Below, one piece after another: positions 17,564-26,796 of a stretch of 64,000 nt of DNA (position 1 is the first letter of the stretch; the number at the start of each line of letters is the position of its first letter). A program made the translations under genes and the position numbers. This DNA is from Pseudomonadota bacterium (GTDB lineage: Bacteria; Pseudomonadota; Gammaproteobacteria; Burkholderiales; UBA6910): assembly GCA_049322755.1 (NCBI GenBank), contig JBMOQX010000072.1, positions 14,662-78,661 of the forward strand. The letters run 5' to 3'. The notes below the pieces were generated by a model, which saw nothing but the letters and a program-made list of their open reading frames with translations, ran no database searches and was not told where the DNA came from.

Positions 17564-19609
17564 TCAGATGCCGATCCCGCGCGCGCGTCCGATCGTCCAC
17601 TCGATGCCGCCGCCCGCACGTATGACGCCCGTCACCTCGCGCCCGAGCTGGTGATCGATCGCCGGCCGCCAGGGCACGAGCTGGAACTCGAAGGCGTTCT
17701 CGACCATCGCGAACCGACCCGAGGCGAGCTGCACCGTGCCGGCGAACGTGCCCCGCACGCTCTCGCCGGCCGCGGCCACGCGGAACGGCAGGCCGCGCTC
17801 CCGGGCCAGCGCCTCGCCGGCACGGCTCACCTCCTGCCGCTCCAGCGTGGCGAGCAGGTCCGGCCGCGCCCTTATCCTGCCGTCCGCGCCGTGCCAGGCG
17901 TGCCCCTGCCGGACCAGCTCGCTCTTCCGCGCCTCGAAGGCCTCGGTCACCTCCGCCCCGAAGCCGAAGCTGGCGAGCGCCACGCGGTTCCGGCTGACGA
18001 GCTGGCGGTCGAGCCAGGTGGCGCCGTCGCTCGTCACCTGCCTCTCCAGGTCGAAGGCGGAGAGAAGGCGCAGACTGGCCTGACGGCTGCGGCGCGCCTC
18101 GTAGGCGTTCGCGCGGCTCTCGAAGTCCTCCGGGATATGCCAGCGGTCGGGGCCGAGCCGCTCCACGATCCCGGCCCGCCTGATCGCCTCCAGCCGGCGC
18201 ACATGGCTGTCGACGAAGGCGTCCGGGTCGGCGCCTTTGGGCAGGCGCACGTCGCCGCTGTCGATGAGCCGCCGGTGCTGGCTCGGGCGGTACTCGCCGA
18301 TCCCGCGCGCCAGCTCGGCGATGGCGCAGTCGGCGGGGCGGCCCTGCGCCCGGGGGCCGGCCTCGACGATGCTGCCGACCCGCACCTCGTTCAGCGCCGC
18401 GGCGGCGTCCACCTCGACGTGGTGCACGCGCCCGTCCACGCCATCGATCACGAGCCCGATGCGGTCGGACAGTTCGTCGGTCAGCCCCTTGCCGATCACC
18501 CGGCCGACGATCGGCTCGGCGGGCGCGGTGCCGTGGACCCGGTAGCTCATCGGGTCGCGCTCCTGCCCGCGCCGGCTGAGCGCGCGGTTCATCGCCTTGA
18601 TGATGTCGCCGCGCTCGCCCAGCTCGCGCAGCGTGGGTTCCAGCCTATCGGATAGGGTCCAGACGCCGGGCGCCGCCTCCTTGGCCAGCCCCATGCGCCC
18701 CAGCGTCTGCATGCGGCCGATGCGGAGCGTGCGGTCGAAGTCGGCGCGGACCTGGCCGGCGTCGGGGCGCATGTCCATGACGCGCCCGTCCGCCTCCTCC
18801 AGCATGGCGCGGTCGATGCGGGTAAAGCGGTCGGCCGCCACCTCCGCCTGGAGCTTCTGCCGTAGCTCCAGGTCCGTCTCCGGCCCCAGCTCCAGGGTGA
18901 CGCGCTCCTGCGCCCGGAGACGCACGCCGTCGGTGATGTAGTCCTGGGCGATGATCAGGTCTTTGCCGGTGTCGTCCTTGCCCCGGATCACGACATGGCT
19001 GTGCGGGTGGCCGGTGTTGAAGTGATCGACCGCGACCCAATCGAGCCTGGTGCCAAGGTCCGCCTCCATCTGGCTCATCACGTCGCGGGTGAAACCGCGA
19101 AGGTCCGAAAGCCGGTCGCCGTCCTCGGGCGCCACGATGAAGCGAAAGCTGTGCCGATCCCCTTCGCCCCGCTCGACGAAGGCGGAGCGATCCGCATGGT
19201 CCGTCTCCGGCCCGTAGAGCTGGCCGCGTTCGCCGTCGCGGGTGGTGCCGTCGCGCTCCAGGTAGCGCAGGTGTGCGCCCGCTGCTCCGCTCTCCAGCTT
19301 GTGGCGGACGATCCGGGCCTTCACCACCACGCGCCGCGTCCGGACCGGGCGCCCGCCCGCCGCCCGCTTCAGCGCCTCGGCCGCCTTCTGGCCGCGTCCG
19401 ATCCGGCAGCACCGTCCCTTTCCGGTCCGGCTGCCGCCGCGCCGGGCTGCGCCGCGCATCTGCGCCGGGGTGAGCGGGCCGCCGTTGGCCTTGGCCGCCG
19501 CGCGCATCACCTGATCGACGAAGCTGCGGGCGCGCGGAGCCGACGCGCGGCCCCGATCGCGGATACGGCCGGGACGGAGGCGGAGGTCGGAAGCGTCGTC
19601 GCGGGTCAT
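17564..19609 (-). CDS. relaxase/mobilisation nuclease (VirD2-like N-domain + DUF3363-type C-region)
   Basis: AHLRYLERDG, FRFIVAPEDG and the His triad HFNTGHPHSHVVIRG. ATG at 19609. Confidence 0.85.
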   Translation of the reverse strand: MTRDDASDLRLRPGRIRDRGRASAPRARSFVDQVMRAAAKANGGPLTPAQMRGAARRGGSRTGKGRCCRIGRGQKAAEALKRAAGGRPVRTRRVVVKARIVRHKLESGAAGAHLRYLERDGTTRDGERGQLYGPETDHADRSAFVERGEGDRHSFRFIVAPEDGDRLSDLRGFTRDVMSQMEADLGTRLDWVAVDHFNTGHPHSHVVIRGKDDTGKDLIIAQDYITDGVRLRAQERVTLELGPETDLELRQKLQAEVAADRFTRIDRAMLEEADGRVMDMRPDAGQVRADFDRTLRIGRMQTLGRMGLAKEAAPGVWTLSDRLEPTLRELGERGDIIKAMNRALSRRGQERDPMSYRVHGTAPAEPIVGRVIGKGLTDELSDRIGLVIDGVDGRVHHVEVDAAAALNEVRVGSIVEAGPRAQGRPADCAIAELARGIGEYRPSQHRRLIDSGDVRLPKGADPDAFVDSHVRRLEAIRRAGIVERLGPDRWHIPEDFESRANAYEARRSRQASLRLLSAFDLERQVTSDGATWLDRQLVSRNRVALASFGFGAEVTEAFEARKSELVRQGHAWHGADGRIRARPDLLATLERQEVSRAGEALARERGLPFRVAAAGESVRGTFAGTVQLASGRFAMVENAFEFQLVPWRPAIDHQLGREVTGVIRAGGGIEWTIGRARGIGI

Positions 19610-20017
19610 GGCGAGGAGCTTGCGCCGGCGCCGCTCGCACGCAAGCACGGCCCCGAGGGAGGCGCAGAATGGCGCAGAAATACAGGGATTTGGCGGTGCG
19701 AGCGGCACCGCTCCGCCGAGGGGTCGGCGAAAAACAATGTGCAGACAAGAAGTTACCGGCAAACGCGAGTTTGCTTTAATCTTGCCGTCGTCTTCGCTTC
19801 CGCCAAAGGTGCGCTATCCTGCGCCGCTCTACTACGACAGCCGCAATTGGCAGCATGTGCGCTCTGACAGTGCACTTCGCGGTATGACCGTCGGATCACG
19901 TGCGGACAACTTGCGCATGGCACGCGGCCCGTCTGCCGTCAGAGTGCCGACGGACCAGCGCTCGACATGCGATCAGGGCGCCGATCTTCCGTCCGCTGAC
20001 CTGTTGCCGAGCGGCGG

Positions 20018-20935
20018 CTACGACGCCGGTCCGCTACGTAGCTGGCGGGCGTCTGCCCTGACGCGGTCGCGCAGGTCGGCGACGAACTTCTGGCGCATGG
20101 GGTTGCCATTGTCCGGCAGCCAGAGCGCGATCACCGGAATGGAAGCGTCGGGCTCGGCGAGCGGCCGGAACGCCACGCCGGGATAGGCAAGACCCGCCGC
20201 CGTGCGCCCGACGACGGTGATGCCGAAGCCGATCCCGACCGCCGACAGCAATGCCTCGCGCGAGATGAAGTGCTGCACGATCTCGGGCATCAATGCGTGC
20301 GGCGTGAGCTTGCCGGCGAGAAACGTGTAGAGCACCGGGCCGCGCTCCCAGGTGCGCACCACCAGCGGCGCCGCGGCCAAATCCGCCCACGATACGCTCT
20401 CCTGCCGCGCCAAGGGGCTGTCGCCCGGCAGCGCCGCGAGCAGCGGTTCGTCCCACAGCCGCAGCATCGCGAGGTCGGGCGCGATCACCTCGCCGACGGT
20501 CAGGGCCAGGTCGATCCGGTGCCCGCGCAACGCCGCCAGAAGGTCGGGCGGGCTGCCCTCGAACAGCTCGAAGGCCACCCTCGGCGCCGCCGCCCGATAG
20601 GCCGCGATCGTGTCGCGCAAGGGACCGGAACTGAGCGAGGTGTAGAAGCCGATCGACAGCATCCCCGCCTCGGCCTTGGCGACCGCTGTGGCGTGCCGGA
20701 GCGCCTGGTCCATGTCGGCGACGATGCGGCGCGCGACGCGCAGAAGATGCTCGCCGGCGCGCGTCAGGCGAATGCCGCGAGCGCGCCGTTCGAACAGGTC
20801 GGTGTGCAGCCGGTCCTCCAGCTTCCGGATGTGCTGGCTGACGGTCGGCTGCTGGATGCCGAGCGCCGCCGCCGCGCCGCTGAAGCTGCCGGCATCGGCG
20901 ACAGCGACGAAGTAGCGGAGCTGGCGGAGCTCCAT
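20018..20935 (-). CDS. LysR-family transcriptional regulator
   Basis: MELRQLRYFVAVADAGSFSGAAAALGIQQPTVSQHIRKLE followed by a LysR substrate-binding domain. Confidence 0.9.
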   Translation of the reverse strand: MELRQLRYFVAVADAGSFSGAAAALGIQQPTVSQHIRKLEDRLHTDLFERRARGIRLTRAGEHLLRVARRIVADMDQALRHATAVAKAEAGMLSIGFYTSLSSGPLRDTIAAYRAAAPRVAFELFEGSPPDLLAALRGHRIDLALTVGEVIAPDLAMLRLWDEPLLAALPGDSPLARQESVSWADLAAAPLVVRTWERGPVLYTFLAGKLTPHALMPEIVQHFISREALLSAVGIGFGITVVGRTAAGLAYPGVAFRPLAEPDASIPVIALWLPDNGNPMRQKFVADLRDRVRADARQLRSGPAS

Positions 20936-20937
20936 CG

Positions 20938-21399
20938 CTACACGCGCTCGCCCCGCGCTTCCGCGTTGATCTCCGGATTGCCGCGCCAGGCTGTAAGGGT
21001 GAAGCGCGTGCTCGCCACCTTCCAGCCAACTTCCGTCCGGCGCAGGCGGTAATCGTAATTTCCCCAGCACGTCCAGAAACCTTCGCCGCGTTCGCCGTCA
21101 GCGAAGTGCGTCGAGCGGACGTGAGCGCGGCAGCGGGCGTGCTCACCGTCGATGTCCACCACATGAGAGGTAACGTCGTGCTGAGTAGCTCGGAATCGGC
21201 CGAGCCAAGCCCACTCGCGCATCAGCTCGGAGGGCGTGAGCCGCTTCACCGCGCCGCCGAACTCGGACGTGTAGTCCACTTCCACTTCGGCGTCGAAGCA
21301 GGTGGCGAGGGCGTCCCACTCGCGGGCGTCTGCCAAGAGCGCAACGCGGTTCACGACATCGATCACCTCGGAACGCTCATGCTGGTGCAGCCCTGTCAT
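20938..21399 (-). CDS. NTF2-like (SnoaL_4-type) protein
   Basis: VIDVVNRVALLADAREWDALATCFDAEVEVDY pattern. ATGA overlap with the upstream gene. Confidence 0.7.
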   Translation of the reverse strand: MTGLHQHERSEVIDVVNRVALLADAREWDALATCFDAEVEVDYTSEFGGAVKRLTPSELMREWAWLGRFRATQHDVTSHVVDIDGEHARCRAHVRSTHFADGERGEGFWTCWGNYDYRLRRTEVGWKVASTRFTLTAWRGNPEINAEARGERV

Positions 21400-22262
21400 T
21401 GGACCGCTCCCCGTCCGAACACGGGCGTCGCGTCGATGAAGATGCGATAGTCCGCGATCAGGTCGCCCCGGAGCCGCAGTGTGCTCGTGCAGGGCACCGT
21501 CACGCGGCGGCCGTCGGCCATTTCGTAGGTGACATCTGCTTCGGTGCTCACCACTTCCGTCTCGCCGTCGCGGCCTGACCAAACGCCTCGGATTTCATGG
21601 TGCACCGAGCGAAGCGCCGCTGATGTGGCTGAGAACGAAGTTTTGACCGCCTCGCGCCCAAAGACCGGCTCGGCATTGCCGAAGCGTAGCCGTATATCGT
21701 CGGTGAAATGAGCGGCGATCCTGTCCGCCTCCCGAGTGTCCACGGCAGTGAAGAAAGCGCGAGCCCAGTGCTCCCGATCAGCCGTCGAGCGGCCCGCTCC
21801 CGATGCTGTCTTGGGTTGCGGCACGCCGCCCGCGCCAAACGTTCCGGCATCAGCGAGAACGGTCGGATTGAAATACTCACGCATCAGCTCGATGCGGCCG
21901 GTGTCGTCGAAGCGGAACAGAGTGATGTAGGTGTTGTCGTACTTGGCGGGCGAGCCTCTTAACCGGATGTCACCGCGATACTCCGCGATCGCGACGAGGG
22001 GGTCGATTGTCTGGTGTACGACAAGACCCGGAAAACGCATCGACTCGAACGCGTTTGGCAGCTGAGCATAGTGTTCGAGGATTTCGCGCTTGCCCACGAA
22101 ACGCGGCGGGAATCCTGCGGGCGCATAGGGACTTTCCTGAACCGCATGCTCGGCAAACAGGTCGCTCCAGGCCTCGAAGTCCTCGGCCTCAAGCAGGCGC
22201 AGAAAGCGATCTATCCGTTCCGCATTGTGTCTCGCAGTCGCGATACTCAAGGTGGCATCCAT
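21396..22262 (-). CDS. tandem NTF2/SnoaL-like domain protein
   Basis: 288 aa. Two repeats of the SnoaL-like pattern (IDRFLRLLEAEDFEAWSDLFAEH... and AFFTAVDTREADRIAAHFTDD...). Confidence 0.65.
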   Translation of the reverse strand: MDATLSIATARHNAERIDRFLRLLEAEDFEAWSDLFAEHAVQESPYAPAGFPPRFVGKREILEHYAQLPNAFESMRFPGLVVHQTIDPLVAIAEYRGDIRLRGSPAKYDNTYITLFRFDDTGRIELMREYFNPTVLADAGTFGAGGVPQPKTASGAGRSTADREHWARAFFTAVDTREADRIAAHFTDDIRLRFGNAEPVFGREAVKTSFSATSAALRSVHHEIRGVWSGRDGETEVVSTEADVTYEMADGRRVTVPCTSTLRLRGDLIADYRIFIDATPVFGRGAVQ

Positions 22263-22307
22263 GGACTTCCTCCACTTCTCGGCGCTGAGAGCGATCTGGC
22301 TTTCAGA

Positions 22308-23393
22308 TCAGCGTCCGAAGGTGACTCGAAGAACGACGTCATCCCCATTGTCGGTGCTGACGAGCAGGGCGCCGTCGGCGGCTTCGGCGACGTCGCGAAA
22401 GCGGCCGAAGCGACCCTGAAACAGGATTTCGTCTGAGGTGACCTGCGATGCAGTCGCGTCGAAGGTTAGCCGTCGCAAATGCCGCGCCTTCAGGGCGGCG
22501 ACGAACAGACTTCCAGCCCAATCCTCTGCGCCGCGCCCGCTGTGAAAGGTGGCTCCCGAAGGCGCGATAGTTTCGCGCCAAAGGTGGACGGGCGAAACAA
22601 AAGGGTGCGCGTGCCTGTCGCCCTCGACCTCAGGCCAGCCGAAGTCTGCGCCCGGCTCGATGCGATTAAGCTCATCGTCACTGACATGCCCATGCTCGGT
22701 TGCAAATAGAACTCCCTTCGGACTCCAGGCGAGCCCCTGCGGATTTCTGTGGCCAACGCTGTAGACGGGAGAGCCCTGGAACGGGTTGTCCGCCGGAATT
22801 GAACCGTCCCGCTCCAGCCGCAGAATCTTGCCAATCAGGACCTGAGGATCACGGGCCGGCGCGTTTGCCGGATCACCCACTCCTTGTGTCAGGCCGACGC
22901 CGAGCGTGGCATACAGCTTGCCGTCCGGCCCGAACTTGACACGCCCACCATGGTGCGTGCCGGCGGCCGGGAGGCGATCCAAGAGCACGCCCTCGTCACG
23001 CGCCCGCGCCCCATCGAAGCTTAGTCTTACGATCCGATGGAATGGTCCGTCGAATCGTGCCGCCGTGTACATCGCGTAGAGTAGCGGCTCACGCGGGAAA
23101 TCGGGATCAAGCGCGAGCCCCATGAGCCCGCCATAGGCAAGATTGGCGACAGGAAGTGTTGTTACCGGCGCAGCGGCGAGCCGACCGTTCTCCCAGAGCC
23201 GGATGCGTCCGCTGTCACGTTCGGTGAAGAACAGTCGGCCGTCGGGCGAAGGTGCAAGCGCCCAAGGATGCGCAACCCCCTGCACGAGGACTTCAGCTTC
23301 AGGTGCGCGAGAGCCGGCAAGGCATGTCGTCGAGAACGCGAGCCCGGCCGCGCTCACGAGAAAGCTGCGTCGAGACAAGGCGGCAATCGTCAT
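22308..23393 (-). CDS. PQQ-dependent sugar dehydrogenase (beta-propeller, YliI/sorbosone dehydrogenase-like)
   Basis: Tat/Sec-like signal MTIAALSRRSFLVSAAGLAF. HHGGRVKFGPDGKLY and GHRNPQGLAWSP motifs. Confidence 0.85.
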   Translation of the reverse strand: MTIAALSRRSFLVSAAGLAFSTTCLAGSRAPEAEVLVQGVAHPWALAPSPDGRLFFTERDSGRIRLWENGRLAAAPVTTLPVANLAYGGLMGLALDPDFPREPLLYAMYTAARFDGPFHRIVRLSFDGARARDEGVLLDRLPAAGTHHGGRVKFGPDGKLYATLGVGLTQGVGDPANAPARDPQVLIGKILRLERDGSIPADNPFQGSPVYSVGHRNPQGLAWSPKGVLFATEHGHVSDDELNRIEPGADFGWPEVEGDRHAHPFVSPVHLWRETIAPSGATFHSGRGAEDWAGSLFVAALKARHLRRLTFDATASQVTSDEILFQGRFGRFRDVAEAADGALLVSTDNGDDVVLRVTFGR

Positions 23394-23405
23394 CGCCTCA
23401 ATCTC

Positions 23406-24299
23406 TCAAGCTGCGGTGAAGCCGCCATCGACCAGCAGCAGGTGACCGATGACGAAAGAAGCGCCGGGCGACGACAGCCATAGAACAGCGCTCGCCACCT
23501 CTTCCGGGCGACCCATGCGTCCGATCGGGTGTGCGGCCATGATGCCGTCCATCACCTTCGGATCGCCACCATTCATGGCGATGAAGTCCCGGATCATCGG
23601 CGTGTCGATCGCGCCGGGACCGACCGCGTTCACCCGAATGCCCTGCTTGGCGTATTCGAGCGCCGCCGAGCGCGTCAGACCCCAGACCGCATGCTTGGTC
23701 GCCGAATAAGGCGCACCGCCGCTGAAGCCAGTTACGCCGGCGATCGAACTCATGTTGACGATCGAGCCACCGCCTGAGCGCAGCATCGCCGGGATCTCGG
23801 CTTGCATCGCATACCAGACCCCGCGGTAATTGGTGGCGGTGACGTCGTCGAAGGTCGCCATCGCCTGCTCGGCCGTGGGTCGTGCGGGATTGGTGACACC
23901 CGCATTGTTGAAGGCGCAGTCGAGCCGCCCGTAGCGCTCAAGACAAGCCATGACGAGGGCCTTGACCTCCGCTTCGCGCCGCACATCGGCGCGCACATAG
24001 GCGGCCTCGCCGCCGCGCGCCCGGATGCCGGCCTCGACCTCGCGTCCCAGCGCTTCGCGTCGACCGCAGAACATCACGCGGGCGCCTTCCGAAGCGAAGG
24101 CCTCGGCGGTGGCGCGGCCGATACCGGAGGTGGCGCCCGTAATGAGCACCGCCTTGCCCTCGAACTGACCCGATGGCCGCGCGAGCATGGCTGCGGGCTG
24201 AGCGGATGCTGCTCCGGCGGCGGTCGCCACAAGCGCGGCGCCTGTGCCGACGAGCACCGAGCGGCGGCCGAAGTCCGGCGTTTTCCCATCTTGCGTCAT
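23406..24299 (-). CDS. SDR-family oxidoreductase with twin-arginine signal peptide
   Basis: FGRRSVLVGTGAALVATAAGAASA followed by TGATSGIGRA, NNAG and YSATKHAV SDR motifs. RBS AAGGAAG before the ATG at 24299. Confidence 0.85.
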   Translation of the reverse strand: MTQDGKTPDFGRRSVLVGTGAALVATAAGAASAQPAAMLARPSGQFEGKAVLITGATSGIGRATAEAFASEGARVMFCGRREALGREVEAGIRARGGEAAYVRADVRREAEVKALVMACLERYGRLDCAFNNAGVTNPARPTAEQAMATFDDVTATNYRGVWYAMQAEIPAMLRSGGGSIVNMSSIAGVTGFSGGAPYSATKHAVWGLTRSAALEYAKQGIRVNAVGPGAIDTPMIRDFIAMNGGDPKVMDGIMAAHPIGRMGRPEEVASAVLWLSSPGASFVIGHLLLVDGGFTAA

Positions 24300-24334
24300 C
24301 GTAGTTTCTTCCTTGCGTGAGGATTCCCGGTCGC

Positions 24335-25111
24335 TCACTGAGCGGAAAAACCGCCGTCGATCATCAGCAGGTGTCCGGTGACGAACGAGGCCGCATCGGA
24401 GCAGAGCCACAGCACGGCCTCAGCCACCTCCCGCGGCTCACCCATGCGGCCCATCGGGTGGCCGGCCTTGATCCGGTCCATCACAACCGGATCGCCGCCC
24501 GCCATCTCGATGAAGTCGTCTATCATGGGCGTGGCGATGGCGCCTGGTCCGACAGCGTTCACGCGGATGCCTCGCTGCGCGTACTGGATCGCGAGCGAGC
24601 GCGTGAACCCTAGGACAGCATGCTTGCTCATCGCATAGCTCGACATGCCCGGCGCGCCAGTTACGCCGGCAATCGAGCTCATGTTGACGATTGCACCCCG
24701 GCCCATCTTCGTCATGTGACGCAGTTCGTGCCTGGCGGAGGACCACATGCCCCGTACATTGACGGCTATCAGCCGGTCGAAGGACGCCTCGTCACGTTCG
24801 GCGTCTTCGGCCGGCGGTTCGGTGATGCCGGCGTTGTTGAAGGCATAGTCGAGGCGCCCGAATGCCTCGACGGTGCGGTCGACGGCTCCCCGCACTGCCT
24901 CATCGCGAGCGACATCCACGCTAAGCGCGAGAGCCTCGCCGCCGGCCCGGCCGATGATGTCTACCGTCTCCTCCGCCTTGTCCTCGTCGCGGTCAGCGAC
25001 GGCTACACGCGCGCCCTGAGCGGCAAAAGCGAGCGCGGTCTCGAGCCCGATCCCGGAGCCGCCGCCAGTCACGAACGCTACCTTGTCCTGGAACTCCTCG
25101 TAGCGGGGCAT
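24335..25111 (-). CDS. SDR-family oxidoreductase (cytoplasmic)
   Basis: VTGGGSGIG, NNAG and YAMSKHAV motifs. 258 aa. Confidence 0.9.
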   Translation of the reverse strand: MPRYEEFQDKVAFVTGGGSGIGLETALAFAAQGARVAVADRDEDKAEETVDIIGRAGGEALALSVDVARDEAVRGAVDRTVEAFGRLDYAFNNAGITEPPAEDAERDEASFDRLIAVNVRGMWSSARHELRHMTKMGRGAIVNMSSIAGVTGAPGMSSYAMSKHAVLGFTRSLAIQYAQRGIRVNAVGPGAIATPMIDDFIEMAGGDPVVMDRIKAGHPMGRMGEPREVAEAVLWLCSDAASFVTGHLLMIDGGFSAQ

Positions 25112-25217
25112 GGCTTCAACCTCCTAGGCTGTTGACATGCCCTGGAGGATAGGGCCGCCGCGCGCCGCACTCTTGGACGAGGCGCTGGAGCTTGGGACGG
25201 ATCGCCGGAAAAACGCC

Positions 25218-26129
25218 TCAGGCGAGCTGGTCGCGCCAAGCCTTCGGTGTCAGGCCGGTCGCCTCGCGGAAGCGGCGCGTCAGGTGCGACTGGTCAGCGA
25301 AGCCGCAGGCGAGCGCAATCTCGGCTAAGCCCGCCTCGCGGGCGAGCAGCCCTTTCGCACGCTCGATGCGCCTCTCGGCCACATAGCGGCTCGGACTCGC
25401 CCCCGTCGCCTGGGCGAAGGCCTCCCGAAAATGCGACGCCGACAAGCCCGCCTCCGCCGCCAGCTCCGCCATCGACAGGTCGTCGGCAAGGCGGGTCTCG
25501 ATCAGATCGCGCAAACGCCTGAGCACCGCGGGCGGCAGGCCTCCGCTTCGTCGCTCGGCGGGGGCGCCGAGGTTTGACCAGCGCCGCACGAGCTGCGTCG
25601 CCGCTTCGATGCCAAAAGCCTCGAGTAGAAGCCTGGAGGGCATCTCGCGGCGCTGCATTTCGGAGACGACGAGCTGTCCCACCCGCTCGAGCGTAGGGTC
25701 GCGTTCGACAGCGGGATCGATGAGTTCCACCGCCTCGCGCCGCGCCTCGCCGGCTTCCTCCACGCAGGCCTGCACCAGCGCGTCCGGGACGTAGAGGTGG
25801 AGCACAACCGCCTTACTACACGGGGCGATGACCGCACGGGGCTGCTCGCCGGCGCGCACGAGGTTCACGGTGCCGACCGACGAGGTGCGGCCATAAGCGT
25901 GCCGTCCATCGACGAAAGCTTCGAAGTGCAGGCCGGGCGTCAGATGGACCGAGAGGATGTGGGTGGAGGGGTCGGCCTCGCATCCGAGTTCGGTCGGACG
26001 GTCAAGGTCAAGGCGCCACAAGGCCGCTGACAGCCGACCCTCTCCAGACGATGCCGCGAATCGTGGAGCAAAGCCCCAAGCGCTCTCCATTGTGCTCGGG
26101 GAGATCGCAGTCACAACGAAAGCTCCCAC
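25218..26129 (-). CDS. AraC-family transcriptional regulator
   Basis: C-terminal double HTH (LSMAELAAEAGLSASHFREAF...IALACGFADQSHLTRRFREATG). The exact start is uncertain. Confidence 0.85.
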   Translation of the reverse strand: MGAFVVTAISPSTMESAWGFAPRFAASSGEGRLSAALWRLDLDRPTELGCEADPSTHILSVHLTPGLHFEAFVDGRHAYGRTSSVGTVNLVRAGEQPRAVIAPCSKAVVLHLYVPDALVQACVEEAGEARREAVELIDPAVERDPTLERVGQLVVSEMQRREMPSRLLLEAFGIEAATQLVRRWSNLGAPAERRSGGLPPAVLRRLRDLIETRLADDLSMAELAAEAGLSASHFREAFAQATGASPSRYVAERRIERAKGLLAREAGLAEIALACGFADQSHLTRRFREATGLTPKAWRDQLA

Positions 26130-26482
26130 CGATAGGCCGCAGGCGTGACTCCCGTCGCCTCGCGGAAGCGGCGCGTCAGGTGCGACTGATCGGCCAAGCC
26201 GCAGGCCAGGGCGATCTCAGGAAGGGATCGATCACTTCCTGACAGCGCTGTCTTGGCGCGCGCGATGCGCCGGGTCAGCACGAACTCGCTCGGGCTCCAC
26301 CCTGTCGCTTTTCGGAACGCAGCCCGGAAGTGGGACTCCAACAGGCCAGCAGCTTCGGCCCTGGGCGATGGTCCACCAACCGCATCCGGGGTCAAGCCCC
26401 AGCGGCGCGTAAAGTCAGCAAGCGTTTGCGCAACCACCTCCGGCATCCCTGACCCTTTAGGCGGGAGAACCTTGCAGCCCAA
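26111..26482 (-). pseudogene. AraC-family HTH-only fragment (N-terminal sensor domain missing)
   Basis: 123-aa ORF holding only the AraC HTH region. Its 3' ~66 nt (26154-26219) are close to 90% identical by eye to 25258-25325 of the neighbouring araC. Confidence 0.5.
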
Positions 26483-26638
26483 GGTAAAGCTCCCTTACGG
26501 CGAATGCCAGGGTGAAAACGTTCGCGCGATGCTCTTGGCGTTCAGCCCTTCGAGAGCTGTAAAGTTCGTTTCCGAATGTTTCAGCGTAGCGCTACAGCGT
26601 AGACATAGTGCTCATCTTCGTCGAGCATGGCCCGCCAC

Positions 26639-26676
26639 AAACGAAATGCCCCTCATGGAGGGGCGTTTTCGTTTTC
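26639..26676. terminator. bidirectional Rho-independent-type hairpin (aaacgaaatgcccctc-atgg-aggggcgttttcgttt)
   Basis: ~15-bp GC-cored stem with T-runs on both strands. Located in the gene-free spacer at the right edge of the accessory region. Confidence 0.6.
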
Positions 26677-26796
26677 AGGACGCGTGCCGGAATCGGAGGT
26701 CCCATCTTTCGGCACCATCGTGGTTGCCGTCCGCGTGCGCCTTGCGTCAGCCCGCGGTACGATGTTGGCTTTCTCACTCGGGACGACGTTTTGGCA

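Larger units (their letters stand above)
13266..19762 (-). mobile_element. remnant of an integrative mobilisable element (serine recombinase, TA pair, relaxase; no T4SS/T4CP)
   Basis: Gene content only. No terminal repeats were identified. Confidence 0.45.
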
